Shown piece after piece: positions 35,304 to 37,913 of a stretch of 37,913 nucleotides of DNA. The stretch comes from a virus. Its lineage: Duplodnaviria; Caudoviricetes. The notes beneath the pieces were generated by a model. It had not been told where the DNA came from. It saw nothing but the letters and a program-made list of their open reading frames with translations, and made no database searches. Position numbers and translations under genes: made by a program. Within the stretch, counting starts at the first letter, position 1. The number at the start of each line of letters is the position of its first letter. The stretch is from positions 1 through 37,913 of the IMG/VR virus record IMGVR_UViG_3300022217_000193; one strand, written 5' to 3'.

Positions 35304-35539
35304 CTCACTTTCAAACAGTATTCATTAATTAATTCCATCCATAAGGTTGTTTGTTAGTAGGTGAAATAAATAACCAGTCTATGGCACAACCAATTACGTG
35401 TAGTAGTCTTTGTATGTCAATTCTTAATGATGGGCTGTGCCCATCGTGCCGAGCATTTGAAGTTTAGTATAAATCGTAGTAGGTGAATAATTGTTGATTT
35501 GTAACATGTTGAAATAAAAGCATAAATAGCCTTTATGAT

Positions 35540-35567
35540 GTGGGTTCAAGTCCCATCACTCACCCCA
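35540..35567 (+). other. attP core: 3' end of a tRNA-His gene
   Basis: GTGGG-TTCAAGT-CCCAT T-arm plus CACTCACCCCA acceptor strand with C discriminator; no 5' tRNA half upstream; near the integrase. Confidence 0.85.
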
Positions 35568-35581
35568 TTTATAGAAACAAC

Positions 35582-35608
35582 AAAAGGTCTGTATTTCACA
35601 GGCCTTTT
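35582..35608 (+). terminator. Terminator downstream of the tRNA fragment
   Basis: AAAAGGTCTGT-ATTTC-ACAGGCCTTTT. Confidence 0.65.
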
Positions 35609-35768
35609 ATTGTTTCTAGCCTTTGTTTGTAGGGTTTGCGCGTTTGATATTGCTTTGTTTTTGCTGATATTTTGTGATACCTAGTTGCCTTTTGTGACAT
35701 GAAAAACATAGTACTTTTTGTAGTAGAATTGAAAAAAAGTAGTATTTTTCATAGTAGTTTTGACGCAT

Positions 35769-35800
35769 AAAAAAAGCCCCTGAAAAGGGGCTTTTTCTTT
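35769..35800. terminator. Bidirectional intrinsic terminator ending the late operon
   Basis: AAAAAGCCCC-TGAAAA-GGGGCTTTTT. Confidence 0.8.
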
Positions 35801-35841
35801 TATCAGGTCCACCATCGATAAAAATAGCGAGGCTGGCCAAG

Positions 35842-36069
35842 TCATTTATTTATCAATGAGACAATGGTAATGATTAGCCCGATAACTGTCAGGAGAGTAG
35901 CAAAGCCTTGAAATACGAGAAACCATAGTCGGTTATCAATCTTACCCAGCCATTCCTTTAGTCCGTTGTCGGCTTCTTTTGAAATTTGCTCAACACTGGC
36001 AATTTTATTGCTCATATTATTACACCTCTCTTTGCATCGAGCCTCTGTAACATAATCATCTTCGCCCAT
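35842..36069 (-). CDS. Holin/XhlA-like small membrane protein
   Basis: 75 aa, short coiled coil then a C-terminal TM helix; last gene of the late operon. Confidence 0.55.
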   Translation of the reverse strand: MGEDDYVTEARCKERCNNMSNKIASVEQISKEADNGLKEWLGKIDNRLWFLVFQGFATLLTVIGLIITIVSLINK

Positions 36070-36085
36070 TACACCCCCCCCCTCT

Positions 36086-36814
36086 TTAAGTCACTATTTC
36101 CCCAATAACATCAAGATCAAACCTGTCACCAGTTACGGGATTGCTCACACCGTCGGCGTCTCTCACTTCAGTTTCTCCTTTATAAACGGCAGGGGTCGAT
36201 GTCTTTGTGTCGGCAGCGACAAAGGGGATGGTATAAGAGGTAAGACCTGTGCCGGAATCGTAGGATATATTTGTGCATTCCCTAACACTGACGGCATAGG
36301 TAGTGTCGCCAGTGGACCCTTTTGCACCGAAAAAGAGACGCTTGGTGGAATAGTCACCTACCAGATAACGGGCGATATTGACGACATCGCCCTGGACGAT
36401 CTGGGACGTTTCCCCTTCTTCGGCATAAGCCGGGGTAACCGTTCCACCCCCGGCAGTAACTGTTATCGGCGGAGTTGATAACTCAACACGTAAACTCTCT
36501 TCATATACACCTGTAAAACCAATATGTATAATCACCTCTTGAGCGCCTGAAGAAAAGGCAATGTCAGGCACATCGAGGCGATAAAGACCTTTTGTGTTTA
36601 CTCCATCTACTTCGATGAAACCACCGTCACTATGAGGGTCATCTGCATCGCTTAGTGCAACAAGAGGAATATTTGCTCTGACGGCGCGGGATCGAACGTA
36701 TGACGCAATGGCACCGGCGGAGTTATAAAGCAGGCCCGTTTTTGACTTGCCGTCGGTGTCGGTTCGTAAATGAAAATAAACTGATATGTCCGTTGACCCT
36801 ATAGATATATTCAT
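36086..36814 (-). CDS. Putative virion structural protein
   Basis: Late operon; beta-rich; GLYRLDVPDIAFSSGA motif; C-terminal domain possibly BppU-like. Confidence 0.6.
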   Translation of the reverse strand: MNISIGSTDISVYFHLRTDTDGKSKTGLLYNSAGAIASYVRSRAVRANIPLVALSDADDPHSDGGFIEVDGVNTKGLYRLDVPDIAFSSGAQEVIIHIGFTGVYEESLRVELSTPPITVTAGGGTVTPAYAEEGETSQIVQGDVVNIARYLVGDYSTKRLFFGAKGSTGDTTYAVSVRECTNISYDSGTGLTSYTIPFVAADTKTSTPAVYKGETEVRDADGVSNPVTGDRFDLDVIGEIVT

Positions 36815-37913
36815 TGGTTAATGCCTCCAGCTAATTGTCTAAAGCCGCCATCCATACCATGATGACCGATAATGTTTTCAATGAAAGTTACGTATAAAAA
36901 AGGAAGGTCCCCCACACCCGATTCGCTGGAAAAAAACTGTTCATACTCTCCCGGAGCGGCATCTTCAGTATCCCACACGAAACCATAATTTGAGGAAGGA
37001 TTGTCTATATGATCTTGCAATGTAGGGGCTGTTAAATTAAACGTGTGTAGCCCTGTACTACCGACAAAAGTGCTCGACTCTGCGGCTACTGCTCTATCCG
37101 TGCCTGATCCGCGACACCCTCCTGTATTCCATGTTTCCTGACCATATTTAAAATCATACCATGTCGGTTCGTCGGTGGTTGCCGTGGTGTTATTCTTTGT
37201 CCCCTCAATCCATTCACCTTTTACAATTTTATAAATATCAATATTGTATCCGTTGCCAAGTCTGGCACTGGTAGTAGCGGCGAGATAGCCACTTAATACT
37301 GTAGCCCCGGACAAAGAAGTCATAATTATTTTTGTCAAAATCGTGTTTTCATTTGAAGCAGGAGAGTACTTGTGCGCCATCAATATAGGTGTTACACCAA
37401 GATTGGCAGATGGGTTAGAACTATTTAACATTGTGTCTATAAAAACACCGCTAACATCATCTATTAAAACATATGGGTCTATTCTCACCGGTCCTGCTGC
37501 ACTTTTCAGCCATGCCTCATCGACTGTTTTAATAATCGTCTGATAACCGTTTTCAACTTGCCCGAGAGTTAAGGTAACGGGGCCTATATTCCCAACTGCA
37601 TCTATTGCATATGGCGGTTTAATAATGATATCTGCACCATCATCTCCACGCATAATGATGCCACCATTTGATGTTTCTAGATATTGATATTTACCACCAT
37701 ATTCCTTAATGCTGAATTTAAATATTGCAGGGGCTGTTTCAGGATTATCAAGAATTATGTCTATTTTTATGCCATTGTATGTGGGGGTATGCTCAATGCT
37801 CACACCAGGCGACGCAACAAAGACAGGACGGTTATCTTTAATAACTGGATAATCACAATCAGCGCCCTGGTATTTAAAAGAGACACCCTTGCCTGATTTG
37901 TATTTGATTTTAC
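36811..37913 (-). CDS. 3' part of the DNRLRE-like virion protein (starts at 412 across the junction)
   Basis: WLKSAAGPVRIDP linker, then DTMLNSSNPSANLG...W.EG...TW...NYGF...F.SSE...P.L.VTF DNRLRE-like domain. Confidence 0.75.
   Translation of the reverse strand, partial: KIKYKSGKGVSFKYQGADCDYPVIKDNRPVFVASPGVSIEHTPTYNGIKIDIILDNPETAPAIFKFSIKEYGGKYQYLETSNGGIIMRGDDGADIIIKPPYAIDAVGNIGPVTLTLGQVENGYQTIIKTVDEAWLKSAAGPVRIDPYVLIDDVSGVFIDTMLNSSNPSANLGVTPILMAHKYSPASNENTILTKIIMTSLSGATVLSGYLAATTSARLGNGYNIDIYKIVKGEWIEGTKNNTTATTDEPTWYDFKYGQETWNTGGCRGSGTDRAVAAESSTFVGSTGLHTFNLTAPTLQDHIDNPSSNYGFVWDTEDAAPGEYEQFFSSESGVGDLPFLYVTFIENIIGHHGMDGGFRQLAGGINQ
37779..37913 (+). repeat. Terminal direct repeat, right copy
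   Basis: Matches 1-135 except for five bases. Confidence 0.95.

Larger units (their letters stand above)
35355..35757 (+). repeat. Putative integrase arm-type sites flanking the att core
   Basis: TAGTA(G/T/C) direct repeats at 35355, 35401, 35465/35477, 35709/35721, 35740/35752 (pairs 12 bp apart); TAGTAGGTGAA occurs twice. Confidence 0.55.
1..37913. mobile_element. Complete temperate lambdoid-type siphovirus (excised, circular form), about 37,778 bp
   Basis: Terminal direct repeat; full head-tail, replication, immunity and integration modules; single att core; no host genes; no tail sheath gene. Confidence 0.93.

Noticed and set aside
35540-35567. Functional tRNA gene
   Set aside because: Only the T-arm and acceptor 3' strand are present; no D or anticodon arm upstream.

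Overview
The window is almost certainly a complete, circularly assembled temperate siphovirus genome of about 37,778 bp. Positions 10-135 are identical to 37788-37913, and one tail gene reads in frame across that junction. The minus strand carries a lambda-type morphogenesis operon: TerS, GpA-type TerL, gpW-like adaptor, lambda-family portal, fused prohead protease-major capsid protein, connectors, tail tube, frameshifted chaperone, tape measure, Dit-like protein, a 1121-aa tail-tip protein with two Kelch propellers, a DNRLRE-like protein and a holin-like protein. It also carries an early operon: CII-like and Xis-like proteins, a stand-alone response-regulator receiver, C5 and N6-adenine methyltransferases, a gpZ-like protein, D5/P4 helicase, iteron origin and primase. 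The plus strand carries an XRE repressor, accessory membrane/secreted genes, a tyrosine integrase and an attP matching a tRNA-His 3' end. Most unusual features: (1) an integron gene cassette with an eroded attC between integrase and attP; (2) the double-Kelch tail protein with near-identical DNA blade repeats; (3) a duplicated Cys4 motif heading both protease and capsid moieties; (4) a lambda-like cos about 5 kb from terS with the replication module in between; (5) a possible antisense-RNA switch where cro would be expected; (6) no recognisable endolysin. All calls come from motif reading and gene context; no database searches were run.
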